This document shows positions 28,706 to 39,514 of a stretch of DNA of 60,590 bases, in pieces. This DNA comes from Gammaproteobacteria bacterium (lineage in GTDB: Bacteria > Pseudomonadota > Gammaproteobacteria > JBNLBB01): the NCBI GenBank assembly GCA_050302415.1, contig JBNLBB010000001.1, forward strand, positions 1 through 60,590. The letters run 5' to 3'. Below the pieces are notes generated by a model. That model made no database searches, had not been told where the DNA came from, and saw only the letters and a list, made by a program, of their open reading frames with translations. A program made the translations under genes and the position numbers. Positions within the stretch are counted from its first letter, which is position 1. Each line of letters begins with the position of its first letter.

Positions 28706-29385
28706 CTGGGTTTCAAATCCGGATTGAGGCGGTATCCCCGCCCCCGCAGGGTCTCGATCAGCGGCTGGTCGGCACCGGCATCAAGCTTTTTACGCAGCCG
28801 CCCGACAAAGACCTCGATCACATTGCTGTCCCTTTCGTCGTCCTCTGCGTAGATGTGCTCAGCGAGTTCCGATTTGGATACCACGTGACCGGCGCGCTGA
28901 ATCAGGTACTCCAGGACCCGATACTCGTAGGCGGTCAACTCCACCGGGATACCGGCGTTGAATACGGACTGGGCCACGGTATCCAGGGTGACCTGTCCCC
29001 AACGCAGTTGTGGGTCTGCCCATCCCCCCGTCCGCCGGATCAGGGCGTTGAGGCGCGCCTGCAGCTCCTCAAACTGAAATGGCTTGGTCAGGTAGTCATC
29101 GGCGCCGGCCTCCAGCCCCTCCACCTTGTCCTGCCAGCGTCCCCGGGCGGTGAGGATCAGGATGGGAAAACGCTGACCGTTGGCGCGCCAGTCACGGATC
29201 ACCTCCATGCCGGAAAGATCGGGCAACCCCAGATCCACCACCGCCGCGTCCACAGGGTATTCGCGGCCCATGTACCCTCCCTCTTCACCATTGGCAGCCT
29301 GGTCCACCACATAGCCCATCTGCAGCAACTGGTGAGCCAGCTGTTCTCTCAGGGTGGTCTCGTCTTCAATAATCAGAATGCGCAC
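28702..29385 (-). CDS. OmpR/PhoP-family response regulator
   Basis: 227-aa ORF with a receiver domain (MRILIIEDE..., VVDLGLPD) and a winged-helix output domain (LTAYEYRVLEYL..., ETLRGRGYRL). Confidence 0.9.
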   Translation of the reverse strand: MRILIIEDETTLREQLAHQLLQMGYVVDQAANGEEGGYMGREYPVDAAVVDLGLPDLSGMEVIRDWRANGQRFPILILTARGRWQDKVEGLEAGADDYLTKPFQFEELQARLNALIRRTGGWADPQLRWGQVTLDTVAQSVFNAGIPVELTAYEYRVLEYLIQRAGHVVSKSELAEHIYAEDDERDSNVIEVFVGRLRKKLDAGADQPLIETLRGRGYRLNPDLKPR

Positions 29386-29394
29386 TGGGTGACT

Positions 29395-30381
29395 TCAGGC
29401 GGCTGCAGCCAGAACAAAAAGCCCAAACTGTTGTTGGGAATCGGTGAGCAAATCCACGCCACGGTAGCCCGCTGTCGCCGCCAGGGCAAGAAACTCCTCG
29501 GGTGCATACTTGTACGAGTTCTCTGTGTGGAGTGTCTCTCCTGCAGCCAACTCGATGCGCTCGCCGGCCACCTCCATGGTCTGTTCGTGAACACTGCGCA
29601 AATGCATTTCGATCCGCCCCATCTGCCGGTTGTAAAAGGCGACATGTTCAAACGCCTCGGTGTCGATGGAGGCGTCCAGACGCTGGTTGATATGCTCCAG
29701 AATATTGAGATTGAAACGGGCGGTCACGCCGGCTGAGTCATTGTAGGCATCGTGGAGTACCGCAGTATCTTTTTTCAGATCCACGCCGATCAGCATCAGG
29801 CCGTTGTGCCGAAGATGGGGCCTCACGTTCTCCAACAGCCCCACCGCGTCGGGGGGTGAAAAATTGCCAATGGTGGATCCCGGAAAAAATACCAGGGTCT
29901 GGGCACCATTGAGCACACCGGTCAGATGGAGTTCACGGGTGAAATCGGCACATACCGCATGGACCTCCAATTGGGGAAAATCCTGTTGCACCGAGAGGGC
30001 ATTGGTGAGCAGGTGTTCCCTGGATATGTCCACCGGCACGTAGCGATCCGCATTGACCGCCTGCAGCAATGCCCGGATTTTGCGGTTGCTGCCGCTGCCC
30101 AGCTCCAGCACCGTCACCTCGTCGGCTACCAGCTTGGCGATCCGATCCTTTTGCTCCTGGAGAATCGAGATTTCGGTGCGGGTGATGTAATACTCCGGCA
30201 GCTCGCAGATCTGATCAAAAAGCTCGGAGCCGGTGGCGTCGTAGAAAAGAAACGAGGGCAGCCTCTTCTGCTCCCGCGCCAGACCCCGCAGGACACTCCT
30301 ACGGACATCCTCGGTGGCGGGATTGAGGTCGTGGAAGTAGAACGGCGCCGTGGTGGTTTCGGTCTCTGTAAATTGATCCAT
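29395..30381 (-). CDS. EgtD-like SAM-dependent histidine N-alpha-methyltransferase (Methyltransf_33 family)
   Basis: 328-aa ORF alignable by eye along its length to mycobacterial EgtD (FLFYDATGSELFDQICELPEYYITRTE; LELGSGS; FFPGSTIGNF; DSAGVTARFNLN; ENSYKY). Its stop is 9 nt before the response regulator start. Confidence 0.8.
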   Translation of the reverse strand: MDQFTETETTTAPFYFHDLNPATEDVRRSVLRGLAREQKRLPSFLFYDATGSELFDQICELPEYYITRTEISILQEQKDRIAKLVADEVTVLELGSGSNRKIRALLQAVNADRYVPVDISREHLLTNALSVQQDFPQLEVHAVCADFTRELHLTGVLNGAQTLVFFPGSTIGNFSPPDAVGLLENVRPHLRHNGLMLIGVDLKKDTAVLHDAYNDSAGVTARFNLNILEHINQRLDASIDTEAFEHVAFYNRQMGRIEMHLRSVHEQTMEVAGERIELAAGETLHTENSYKYAPEEFLALAATAGYRGVDLLTDSQQQFGLFVLAAAA

Positions 30382-30543
30382 TATTCACTGACATTCGATT
30401 CCGCTGGTGGCAACCGAGCATAAAGCAGCCCGTTGTGTGGGGCAAATGACCGGTGACAATTGGAACCACGTCGGCTCATGTTGCCTGTCAGGCCCAATCG
30501 CGCTAGGTTTGCGCTTTACATTACTACGGTGACTGCAACCCGG

Positions 30544-31044
30544 ATGGTTGAGATCTTGGTGGGTGATATTACCCGGCTTCAGGTGGACGCAATCGTCAAT
30601 GCCGCCAACAATTCGCTCCTGGGTGGAGGTGGGGTAGACGGCGCCATTCACCGGGCAGCTGGTCCGCGGCTTCTGGCGGCCTGCCGGCCGCTGGGCGGCT
30701 GCGCCACCGGTGACGCAAAAATCACCCCGGGATTCGACCTTCCCGCGAAATGGGTTATCCACACGGTCGGTCCGGTCTGGCGGGGCGGCAACCAGGACGA
30801 AGCAGCCCTGCTCGAAAAATGCTATCTAAACAGTTGCCGACTCGCTATCGACAACGGCTGTCGCAGTCTGGCGTTTCCCTGTATCAGTACCGGTGTCTAC
30901 GGCTACCCAAAGCAACCCGCAGCCACTGTTGCCCTTAAGGTTCTCCGTGGATTCGAATCGCAGTTTGACGTGCTGGTGGTGTGTTGCCATTCCGACTCGG
31001 ACGCGGCCATCTATCGCCGCCTCGCCGGCCAGACGGTTGCCTGA
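30544..31044 (+). CDS. Macro-domain protein (YmdB-like O-acetyl-ADP-ribose deacetylase)
   Basis: Start moved to the ATG at 30544: [40 protein letters not shown]..., the canonical macro-domain motif. Also ISTGVYGYP. Confidence 0.85.
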   Translation: MVEILVGDITRLQVDAIVNAANNSLLGGGGVDGAIHRAAGPRLLAACRPLGGCATGDAKITPGFDLPAKWVIHTVGPVWRGGNQDEAALLEKCYLNSCRLAIDNGCRSLAFPCISTGVYGYPKQPAATVALKVLRGFESQFDVLVVCCHSDSDAAIYRRLAGQTVA

Positions 31045-31047
31045 CCT

Positions 31048-32985
31048 GTGTTTCGCCTGACCCGTTTTTTCTCCACGGCCAGTCTCGGAACAATTGTGGT
31101 GGCCGCCATCATTCTCGGCCTGTTCTACCGCTATCTCACCTTTGACCTGCTGCTGAGTGACGGTGAAAACAAGAACGTCGCCATCACGCGCATGCTCGCC
31201 AACAGCCTGTGGCCCAAGTTTTCCGTCCTGCTGGGCGGCGATCCGGACAAACCCGATCGGATGATGGTCGAGCAGCTCAACCGGGAGTTGCTGGTTCAGA
31301 TCAAGGGCATTCGGGTGGTCAAGGTGAAGGTCTATCACCCGCTCGGCACGACCGTATTTTCGACCGACATGCGTCAGATCGGTGAGGACCAGAGCGGCAA
31401 TGTGGCCTTCCAGCGTGCGCTCAAGGGTGAAATATCCAATCTGTTTGTGAGCCGCGATGAGTTCAATGAATTCGACCGCGTGGTGGAACGCCGGGACCTG
31501 ATGCAGACCTATCTGCCCCTGTTCGAGCCGGATGGCGAAACCATCCGGGGCGTGTTTGAAGTCTACAGCGACTATACCCCCCTGCTCTCACGGGTCCACA
31601 GCCTGCAGTTGTGGGTCATGTTCGGGACGGGTGCCACCCTGCTGCTGCTGTATGGCGTGCTCTTCCTCATTGTGCGCCACGCCGACCAATTGATCGTCGC
31701 CCAGCAGGGCGAACTCAGCCAGTCGCTCACCAAAATGGAAGAGATCCGCAAAGGGCTGGAGCACAGCGTCGCCGAGCGCACCCGCACTTTGCAACTGAGC
31801 AACCGGTTGCTGGAGCAGGAGATCCAGGAACGGCTGCGCATGGAGCGGGTACTGCGTGAGCGCGAACAGCGGCTACGGGCCATTATGGACAATATGCTCA
31901 ACGCCGTGGTGGTGGTCACCGACAGCGGTGCCATCGAATCCATGAATTCGAGCGCCGAAAGACTGTTTGGCTACGACACCAACGAAATCATCGGTCACGC
32001 CCTGCTGAAGCTGATTGACCAGGAGAAATCCCCCACCAATCTGTTGGTGTGCGGTGATACCCCTTTTGCCGAATGCATGGAAAAGCTGCTCGGCGAAGTC
32101 TACGAATTGAGCGGTACGAAAAAGAGCGGCGCCACCTTCCCCATGGAATTTGCGGTCACCCGCTCCGACCAGCAGGGCCAGTCACGATATGTCGCCTCCT
32201 TCCGGGATGTGAGCGAGCGCAAGCAGGCGGAACAGCAACTGGAAGAGGCACGCCAGAAGTTTGCCCACCAGGAGAAAATGGCGGCCATCGGCACGCTGGC
32301 TGCCGGCATTGTGCATGAAATCGGCAATCCGGTGGCTGCCATCACAGGTCTGATCCAGGACATCTGCTACACCGATGATCAGGATCACCACCTCCCGGAA
32401 GAGGTGCGTGCCAACCTGGACCTGGTCCTGGAGCAGGTGGAAAGGATGATCAATATCACGCGGGACGTCTCCGAGTTTGGTAACCCTCAGGGAGGCGAGT
32501 ATCAGTTGGTTGACTTCAACAGCCTGATTGGTCGCACCTGCCGCCTGATGCGACACGACAAGAGATTGTCTGCCATTGAAATCAAATTGGAGCTGGATCC
32601 GCAGTTGCCTGCGGCCAACGTGATCGGCGATCAGATGATCCAGGTACTGATGAACCTGATCGGCAATGCAGCCGATGCCATCAACGCCTGCCGTGAACGC
32701 GATGGCCAGATCGTCGTCACCAGCCAACTGTTGGACAATCGCATCTGTATGACCGTCTCCGACAACGGCTGTGGCATGGACGAAAAGACTGCCGAACGCG
32801 CGATGGAGGCATTCTTCACCACCAAACCGATGGGACAGGGGACCGGGCTGGGGCTTTCGTTGTGCCACTCAATTGTCTCCGCCCATCACGGCGAAATCAG
32901 TATCCGGACCGAATCGGGGCTGGGTACATCGATTCACGTATTGCTGCCGGCGGACGAGATCAGCGAAATTCGTGCCCAAATCTGA
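31048..32985 (+). CDS. Orphan sensor histidine kinase (periplasmic Cache-like domain, coiled coil, PAS, HisKA, HATPase)
   Basis: 645-aa ORF with a GTG start 3 nt after the macro gene stop. H-box AAGIVHEIGNPV, N-box NLIGNAADA, G-boxes DNGCGM / GTGLGLS. No receiver domain or adjacent response regulator. Confidence 0.85.
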   Translation: MFRLTRFFSTASLGTIVVAAIILGLFYRYLTFDLLLSDGENKNVAITRMLANSLWPKFSVLLGGDPDKPDRMMVEQLNRELLVQIKGIRVVKVKVYHPLGTTVFSTDMRQIGEDQSGNVAFQRALKGEISNLFVSRDEFNEFDRVVERRDLMQTYLPLFEPDGETIRGVFEVYSDYTPLLSRVHSLQLWVMFGTGATLLLLYGVLFLIVRHADQLIVAQQGELSQSLTKMEEIRKGLEHSVAERTRTLQLSNRLLEQEIQERLRMERVLREREQRLRAIMDNMLNAVVVVTDSGAIESMNSSAERLFGYDTNEIIGHALLKLIDQEKSPTNLLVCGDTPFAECMEKLLGEVYELSGTKKSGATFPMEFAVTRSDQQGQSRYVASFRDVSERKQAEQQLEEARQKFAHQEKMAAIGTLAAGIVHEIGNPVAAITGLIQDICYTDDQDHHLPEEVRANLDLVLEQVERMINITRDVSEFGNPQGGEYQLVDFNSLIGRTCRLMRHDKRLSAIEIKLELDPQLPAANVIGDQMIQVLMNLIGNAADAINACRERDGQIVVTSQLLDNRICMTVSDNGCGMDEKTAERAMEAFFTTKPMGQGTGLGLSLCHSIVSAHHGEISIRTESGLGTSIHVLLPADEISEIRAQI

Positions 32986-33711
32986 ATGAGCCAAGCGATA
33001 CCATCAGCCCTGCGCGGAGTGCGCGCCATATTTTTTGATCTCGACAACACCCTGTGGGCTGCGGACCCGGTTTTACTCCGAGCCGAGCAGAAACAGAGCG
33101 ATTGGTTGCAGCTCAATTACCCCAAAATCTCTGAACGGTTCCCACCGGTCACGCTGCGTCATCTGCGGCAGGAGGTCCTGGACCGCCATCCGGAAATCGC
33201 GCATGACCTGAGCCAGGTGCGCTTACGTACCCTTCGCGCAGCAGCGCTGAGCTGCGGCTACCCGGAGTCCGTCGCCCGGGAATGCTTTGAGGTGTTTTTT
33301 GCCGCCCGCAACGAGGTAGTACTTTTCCCGGATGTCATCCCTGCGCTTAAACGATTGCGGACGCGCCTGGTGGTCGGATCGCTGACCAATGGTAACGCCA
33401 GCCTCGAAATCATTGGCGTGGCAGAACATTTCGATCACCGTTTGGCCGCCGGCGACCTGGGGCAGGCAAAACCGCACCCCGAGAGTTTCATCGCTGCCTG
33501 CAGGGCCGCCGGAATGGCACCCAATACGGTGGCCTACGTGGGTGACGACCCGAAAACGGATGTGGGTGGCGCCATCGAGGCCGGACTGATTGGCATCTGG
33601 ATGAATCGCGAACACCACCCCTGGACCGAGCCCTTTGATCCAGTGGCCACCGTACACAACATGGAACAATTGTGTGATCTTATGCTCTCAGCTCAATCAG
33701 ACCCGAGTTAA
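32986..33711 (+). CDS. HAD-superfamily hydrolase/phosphatase
   Basis: 241-aa ORF whose ATG directly follows the kinase TGA. HAD motif I FFDLDNTLW and motif IV VGDDPKTDVGGA. Confidence 0.8.
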   Translation: MSQAIPSALRGVRAIFFDLDNTLWAADPVLLRAEQKQSDWLQLNYPKISERFPPVTLRHLRQEVLDRHPEIAHDLSQVRLRTLRAAALSCGYPESVARECFEVFFAARNEVVLFPDVIPALKRLRTRLVVGSLTNGNASLEIIGVAEHFDHRLAAGDLGQAKPHPESFIAACRAAGMAPNTVAYVGDDPKTDVGGAIEAGLIGIWMNREHHPWTEPFDPVATVHNMEQLCDLMLSAQSDPS

Positions 33712-33739
33712 GATCCGCATCAGACCAACGAGAAAAAAG

Positions 33740-35575
33740 ATGACCTCCAGCCAACTGTTCAAGCGCACCGCCTCCCCGTTTTTGGCCCTGACCCTTCTCC
33801 TTGCAACCGCCTGGGCGGAAGGTGCACCGGTGCACGGGATCGCAATGCACGGCGCTCCAAAATATGGTCCCGACTTCCAGCACTTCGACTATGCCGATCC
33901 CAATGCACCCAAGGGAGGTGAGTTCCGTGAAGCGGAAATCGGCACATTTGACAATCTGAACCCCTTCATCCTCAAGGGTATCTCGCCAGCCGGTATCGGC
34001 TCGCTGTTCGATACGCTGATGACGGGCTCCGAGGACGAAGCCTTTACCGAGTACGGACTGTTGGCCGAAACCGTTGAAGTCGCACCGGATCGCAGCTGGG
34101 TTGAATTCAAGTTGCGCGCCGAGGCCAGGTTCCATGACGGAAAGCCAGTGACGCCAGACGACGTCATCCATACCTTCGAGCTGCTGATGACCGATGGACA
34201 CCCGTTTTACAAAGCCTATTACGGCAGCGTCAAAAAGGTGGAAAAAACGGGTGACCGTACCGTCCGATTTCTGTTCCCGGACGGCAGCAATCCAGAACTC
34301 CCGCTGATCGTCGGACAACTTCCGGTTCTGCCCAAACACTACTGGGAGACGCGCAAGTTTGGTGAAACCACACTGGAACCGCCCCTGGGCAGTGGCCCCT
34401 ACCGGATCGCCTCCTTCGAGGCCGGACGATCCATCGTCTATGAGCGGGTGAAGGATTATTGGGGCAAGGATCTGCCCGTCAACCGGGGGCGCTTCAACTT
34501 TGACCGCATGCGCAACGACTACTATCGCGACACCACGGTGGCACTGGAGGCATTCAAGGCGGGAGCATTCGATCTGCGTGAAGAGAATGTCTCCAAGAAC
34601 TGGGCAACCGCCTACGACATTCCTGCTGTCCGTGAAGGGAAAATAAGGAAAGAGGAGATTCTGCACGAGCGTCCGACCGGGATGCAGGCCTTTGTATTCA
34701 ACACCCGGCGCACCATTTTTTCCGATCGCCGGGTTCGCCAGGCACTGGCCTACGCGTTTGACTTCGAGTGGACCAACCGCAATCTCTTTTACAGTGCCTA
34801 CACCCGTACCAAGAGCTACTTCTCAAACAGCGAACTGGCTTCACAGGGTCTCCCATCTGCCAAAGAACTGGAACTGCTGACACCGTTCCGCGATCAGCTC
34901 CCCCAGGAGGTCTTCACCGAAACCTACGATCCCCCGGCGACGGATGGTTCAGGCAATCTTCGTGGCCAGACCCGCACCGCCTTGCGCCTGCTGAAGGCCG
35001 CCGGCTGGGAGGTCCGCGACAACAAGCTCGTCAACGTCGCCAGCGGTGAGCAGATGAAATTCGAAATCCTGCTGGCCCAACCGACCTTTGAACGGATCGT
35101 GCTGCCCTTCACCCGCAACCTGGAACGGCTGGGGATCGAGGCCACGGTGCGCACGGTGGATGCCAGCCAGTACGAAAACCGGGTCAACGATTTTGACTTT
35201 GACATGATCGTTGGTGGATTCGGACAATCCCTGTCACCCGGCAATGAACAGCGCGACTTTTGGAGTTCCACGGCTGCCAAGACCCAGGGGAGCCGCAACG
35301 TGATCGGTATCAGCGACCCGGTGGTCGATGCCCTGATTGAAAAGGTCATCGCAGCGCCGGACCGCGAGGCACTGATCACCGCCACCCGCGCCCTGGATCG
35401 CGTGCTGCTCTGGGGTCACTATGTGATTCCGCACTGGCACGTCCGGTCGTTTCGCGTTGCCTACTGGGATCGCTTCGGTCGCCCTGATGTCTCTCCCAAG
35501 TACTCCCTCGGGCTCACCACCTGGTGGCTGGACCGTGCCAAGGCGGACCGGCTGAAGGGATCGCTCAACCGGTGA
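33740..35575 (+). CDS. yejA: ABC transporter periplasmic substrate-binding protein, family 5 (YejA-like peptide / microcin C type)
   Basis: Start moved to the ATG at 33740 (signal peptide ...LLLATAWAEG). It is a roughly 610-aa SBP_bac_5-like sequence followed by yejB/E/F homologues. Confidence 0.8.
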   Translation: MTSSQLFKRTASPFLALTLLLATAWAEGAPVHGIAMHGAPKYGPDFQHFDYADPNAPKGGEFREAEIGTFDNLNPFILKGISPAGIGSLFDTLMTGSEDEAFTEYGLLAETVEVAPDRSWVEFKLRAEARFHDGKPVTPDDVIHTFELLMTDGHPFYKAYYGSVKKVEKTGDRTVRFLFPDGSNPELPLIVGQLPVLPKHYWETRKFGETTLEPPLGSGPYRIASFEAGRSIVYERVKDYWGKDLPVNRGRFNFDRMRNDYYRDTTVALEAFKAGAFDLREENVSKNWATAYDIPAVREGKIRKEEILHERPTGMQAFVFNTRRTIFSDRRVRQALAYAFDFEWTNRNLFYSAYTRTKSYFSNSELASQGLPSAKELELLTPFRDQLPQEVFTETYDPPATDGSGNLRGQTRTALRLLKAAGWEVRDNKLVNVASGEQMKFEILLAQPTFERIVLPFTRNLERLGIEATVRTVDASQYENRVNDFDFDMIVGGFGQSLSPGNEQRDFWSSTAAKTQGSRNVIGISDPVVDALIEKVIAAPDREALITATRALDRVLLWGHYVIPHWHVRSFRVAYWDRFGRPDVSPKYSLGLTTWWLDRAKADRLKGSLNR

Positions 35576-35624
35576 GTACCGCGCCTGCTAGAATCCGCAC
35601 CACACCAAACGGCTGCTGATCGTC

Positions 35625-36719
35625 ATGGGCTCCTATCTCCTTCGTCGACTGTTGTTGATGATTCCGACCCTGTTCGGGATCATGGTGATCAATTTCGCCA
35701 TTGTGCAGGCGGCGCCCGGCGGTCCCGTGGAACAGATGCTTGCGCTGTTGAAAGGACATGGCGCCGAAGCAACCTCCCGTATCGCCGGATCTGCCGGTGG
35801 CGATGCAGTGAGTACTTCCCAGAGCAGCAGCAACACCGGTTACCGGGGCGCGCAGGGACTGGATCCCAACCTGATCAAGGAGATTGAAAAGCTCTACGGC
35901 TTCGACAAGCCCGCTCATGAACGATTCTTCCAGATGATGGGCAACTATCTGGTTTTTGATTTCGGCAAAAGTTTTTTCAGCGACCGCGGGGTCGTGGAAC
36001 TGGTGCTAGACAAGATGCCGGTTTCCATTTCCCTCGGACTGTGGACCACCCTGCTTGTCTACCTCATCTCCATTCCACTCGGCATCAGCAAGGCGGTACG
36101 CGATGGCACCCGCTTTGATATCTGGACCAGCGGGGTGGTCATCATCGGCTACGCCATTCCCGGATTTCTGTTCGCCATCCTGCTGGTGGTGCTCTTCGCC
36201 GGGGGCAGTTTTCTGGATCTGTTCCCCCTGCGCGGTCTGGTATCCGACAACTGGGAGAGCCTCTCCTGGCCCGCCCGCATCCTGGACTACCTGTGGCACA
36301 TCACCCTGCCGGTGATCGCCATGGTCATCGGCGGTTTTGCCGGGCTCACCATGCTGACCAAAAACTCCTTTCTGGAGGAGATCAACAAACAGTACGTAGT
36401 CACCGCCCGGGCCAAGGGGCTGACCGAGAACCGGGTGCTGTACGGTCATGTGTTCCGCAACGCCATGCTGATTGTGGTGGCGGGGTTTCCCTCCGCCTTC
36501 ATCGGCATCCTGTTTACCGGTTCGCTGCTGATTGAGGTGATCTTCTCCCTGGACGGACTGGGACTGCTCGGCTTTGAAGCAGCCATCAAGCGCGACTATC
36601 CGGTTGTTTTCGGCACGCTCTACTTTTTCACGTTTCTGGGCCTGCTCCTGAACCTCATCGGTGACCTGATGTATGTCGTAATCGACCCACGCATCGATTT
36701 CGAGTCCAGGAGCAACTGA
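35625..36719 (+). CDS. yejB: ABC transporter permease YejB-like
   Basis: 364-aa BPD-transporter permease of the DppB/YejB type, second in the yejABEF-like order. Confidence 0.8.
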   Translation: MGSYLLRRLLLMIPTLFGIMVINFAIVQAAPGGPVEQMLALLKGHGAEATSRIAGSAGGDAVSTSQSSSNTGYRGAQGLDPNLIKEIEKLYGFDKPAHERFFQMMGNYLVFDFGKSFFSDRGVVELVLDKMPVSISLGLWTTLLVYLISIPLGISKAVRDGTRFDIWTSGVVIIGYAIPGFLFAILLVVLFAGGSFLDLFPLRGLVSDNWESLSWPARILDYLWHITLPVIAMVIGGFAGLTMLTKNSFLEEINKQYVVTARAKGLTENRVLYGHVFRNAMLIVVAGFPSAFIGILFTGSLLIEVIFSLDGLGLLGFEAAIKRDYPVVFGTLYFFTFLGLLLNLIGDLMYVVIDPRIDFESRSN

Positions 36720-36750
36720 TGCGTCCGGGCAAACGACAGCGTTCTGGCGG

Positions 36751-37776
36751 GTGGCTATGAATCCCATCAACCGACGTCGCCTGGACAACTTTCAGGCCAA
36801 CCGCCGCGGCTGGTGGTCTCTCTGGATTTTCCTGGCGATTTTTTTGGTGACCCTGTTTGCGGAGCTGATCGCGAACGATCGGCCGCTGATCGTGCATTTC
36901 GATGGCGGCTGGTATTTTCCGGTGCTACAGATCTACCCGGAGACCACTTTCGGCGGCGAGTTTCAGACTGAGGCGGACTACCGCGACCCCTACGTGGAGG
37001 AACTCATCGGCGACAAGGGCTGGATGCTCTGGCCGCTCATCCGCTACAGCTACGACACCATCAACTACGACCTCCCGGTGCCCGCGCCCGCTCCCCCCTC
37101 GGCGGAGAACTGGCTGGGCACCGACGACCAGGGACGCGATGTTGTCGCGCGCCTGATCTATGGGTTCCGGATTTCCGTACTGTTCGGTCTCACCCTGACC
37201 CTGGCCAGTTCGGTCATCGGAATCGCGGCCGGTGCGGTACAGGGCTATTTCGGCGGCTGGATCGATCTGCTGTTCCAGCGCTTTATTGAGATCTGGTCCG
37301 GTCTGCCGGTGCTCTATCTGCTGATCATTCTCGCCAGCGTGGTGGAACCCAACTTCTGGTGGCTGCTGGGGCTGATGCTGCTTTTCTCCTGGATGGCGCT
37401 GGTGGGTGTGGTGCGTGCCGAGTTTCTGCGCGCGCGCAATTTTGACTACGTGCGCGCGGCCCGTGCGCTGGGCGTGCGCGATGGCGTCATCATGCTGCGC
37501 CACGTGCTGCCCAACGCCATGGTGGCAACCCTCACCTTTCTGCCCTTTATTCTCAACGGATCCATCACCACACTCACATCGCTCGATTTTCTGGGCTTCG
37601 GTCTGCCGCCGGGCTCCCCCTCGCTCGGTGAACTGCTGGCCCAGGGAAAAGCCAACCTGCAGGCGCCCTGGCTAGGGGTCACCGCGTTCATGGTGCTGGC
37701 AATCATGTTGAGCCTGCTGATCTTTATCGGTGAAGCGGCGCGCGATGCCTTTGATCCCAGAAAGAACGTCTACTGA
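36751..37776 (+). CDS. yejE: ABC transporter permease YejE-like
   Basis: 341-aa DppC/YejE-type permease. The probable ATG is at 36757. Its stop overlaps the yejF start (TGATG). Confidence 0.8.
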   Translation: MAMNPINRRRLDNFQANRRGWWSLWIFLAIFLVTLFAELIANDRPLIVHFDGGWYFPVLQIYPETTFGGEFQTEADYRDPYVEELIGDKGWMLWPLIRYSYDTINYDLPVPAPAPPSAENWLGTDDQGRDVVARLIYGFRISVLFGLTLTLASSVIGIAAGAVQGYFGGWIDLLFQRFIEIWSGLPVLYLLIILASVVEPNFWWLLGLMLLFSWMALVGVVRAEFLRARNFDYVRAARALGVRDGVIMLRHVLPNAMVATLTFLPFILNGSITTLTSLDFLGFGLPPGSPSLGELLAQGKANLQAPWLGVTAFMVLAIMLSLLIFIGEAARDAFDPRKNVY

Positions 37777-39407
37777 TGTCCGGCCGACCAGCACCCGACA
37801 TGACGCTGCTCTCCGTAAGCGATCTGCAGGTTACCTTCCGGGGGAATCCGGAAATTCAGGCGGTGCGCGGCATCAGTTTCGAGCTGCGGCGTGGGGAGAC
37901 GCTCGCCCTGGTCGGTGAAAGCGGCAGCGGCAAATCGGTTACCGCACTCTCGATCCTGCAACTGCTCCCCTATCCACGCGCCCAACACCCTGCGGGCTCC
38001 ATCCGTTACCAAGGTCGGGAGCTGGTCGGTGCGCCCGATACAGTGATGCGGGAGGTGCGCGGTGATCGGATCGGAATGATCTTCCAGGAGCCGCTCACCT
38101 CGCTCAACCCGCTGCACACCATTGAAAAGCAGATTGGCGAAACCCTGCAGCTGCACCGCGGACTGACACCGGTAAAGGCGCGCGAGCGGATCCTCGAACT
38201 GCTGGAGCTGGTGGGCATTGCGGATGCGGCGAAGCGGCTCGGCGCCTATCCGCACCAGCTCTCGGGTGGACAGCGCCAACGCGTCATGATCGCCATGGCT
38301 CTGGCCAACGAACCGGACCTGCTGATTGCCGACGAACCCACCACCGCGCTCGACGTGACCACGCAGGCACAGATCCTTGATCTGCTCAATGAACTGAAGC
38401 AGCGCCTGAATATGTCACTGCTGCTGATCACCCACGATCTGGGGATCGTGGCCAACATGGCCGACCGGGTCTGCGTGATGCACAACGGCCTGATTGTCGA
38501 ACAGGGTGCGGTGAACCAGGTGTTTGCGGATCCCACCCATGACTATACACGCCAGCTGATCGCAGCCGAACCCGGAGGTTCGCCCGTGCGCGACGATGCG
38601 GCCGGTGAAGAGATTCTGTCAGGCAGCCGGATCAGGGTGTGGTTCCCGGTACAACGCGGTCTGCTCCGCCGCACCGTGGACCATGTGAAGGCGGTTGACG
38701 GTATCGACCTGAAAATCAACGCCGGGCGTACGCTGGGTATTGTGGGCGAAAGCGGGTCCGGCAAATCGACCCTGGGTTTGGCGCTGCTGCGTCTGCAGGG
38801 CAGCCAGGGAGAAATCCGCTTCGACAATCAGCGCATTGATACCCATGACCAGCGGCGGATGCGCCCGCTGCGCAGCGATCTGCAGATCGTGTTTCAGGAT
38901 CCGTTCGGCAGTCTCAACCCGCGTATGTCGGTGGCCCAGATCATCGGCGAAGGATTGGAGATTCACGCCCGGGAACACTCCGCCGAGACGCGTGATGCAC
39001 TGGTGGCCGCGGCCCTGCAGGAGACCGGTCTCGATCCCGAGTCCCGGCACCGGTTCCCGCATGAGTTTTCCGGCGGGCAGCGGCAGCGCATCGCCATCGC
39101 CCGCGCACTGGTGCTCAAGCCCCGGCTGTTGATCCTGGACGAGCCCACCTCCGCACTCGACCGTTCGGTGCAGGCCCAGATCGTGGAGCTGCTGCGCGAG
39201 CTTCAGCGCCGGCACCATCTGGCCTATCTCTTCATCAGCCACGATCTGGCAGTCGTCCGCGCCTTGAGCGATGAGATCATCGTCATGCGCAACGGGGTGG
39301 TGGTGGAACAGGGTCCGGCGCAGCAGATTTTTGACCATCCATCTCATGCCTATACCAAAAGTCTGGTAGACGCCGCCTTCAGATTCACGCTAAAACAGTC
39401 CGCGTAA
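37776..39407 (+). CDS. yejF: ABC transporter ATPase with duplicated nucleotide-binding domains, YejF-like
   Basis: 543-aa ORF with two Walker A motifs (GESGSGKS twice) and two signatures ([16 protein letters not shown]). Confidence 0.85.
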   Translation: MSGRPAPDMTLLSVSDLQVTFRGNPEIQAVRGISFELRRGETLALVGESGSGKSVTALSILQLLPYPRAQHPAGSIRYQGRELVGAPDTVMREVRGDRIGMIFQEPLTSLNPLHTIEKQIGETLQLHRGLTPVKARERILELLELVGIADAAKRLGAYPHQLSGGQRQRVMIAMALANEPDLLIADEPTTALDVTTQAQILDLLNELKQRLNMSLLLITHDLGIVANMADRVCVMHNGLIVEQGAVNQVFADPTHDYTRQLIAAEPGGSPVRDDAAGEEILSGSRIRVWFPVQRGLLRRTVDHVKAVDGIDLKINAGRTLGIVGESGSGKSTLGLALLRLQGSQGEIRFDNQRIDTHDQRRMRPLRSDLQIVFQDPFGSLNPRMSVAQIIGEGLEIHAREHSAETRDALVAAALQETGLDPESRHRFPHEFSGGQRQRIAIARALVLKPRLLILDEPTSALDRSVQAQIVELLRELQRRHHLAYLFISHDLAVVRALSDEIIVMRNGVVVEQGPAQQIFDHPSHAYTKSLVDAAFRFTLKQSA

Positions 39408-39514
39408 ACGGCGCCAATCCGGAAACTACTGGCTACACTTGTCAGCGTCCGGCAATCGTTATAGGTTTGCCGGCGAAAGTCGCGTGAACAATAAAATGCG
39501 AAAGGAACCAATAA

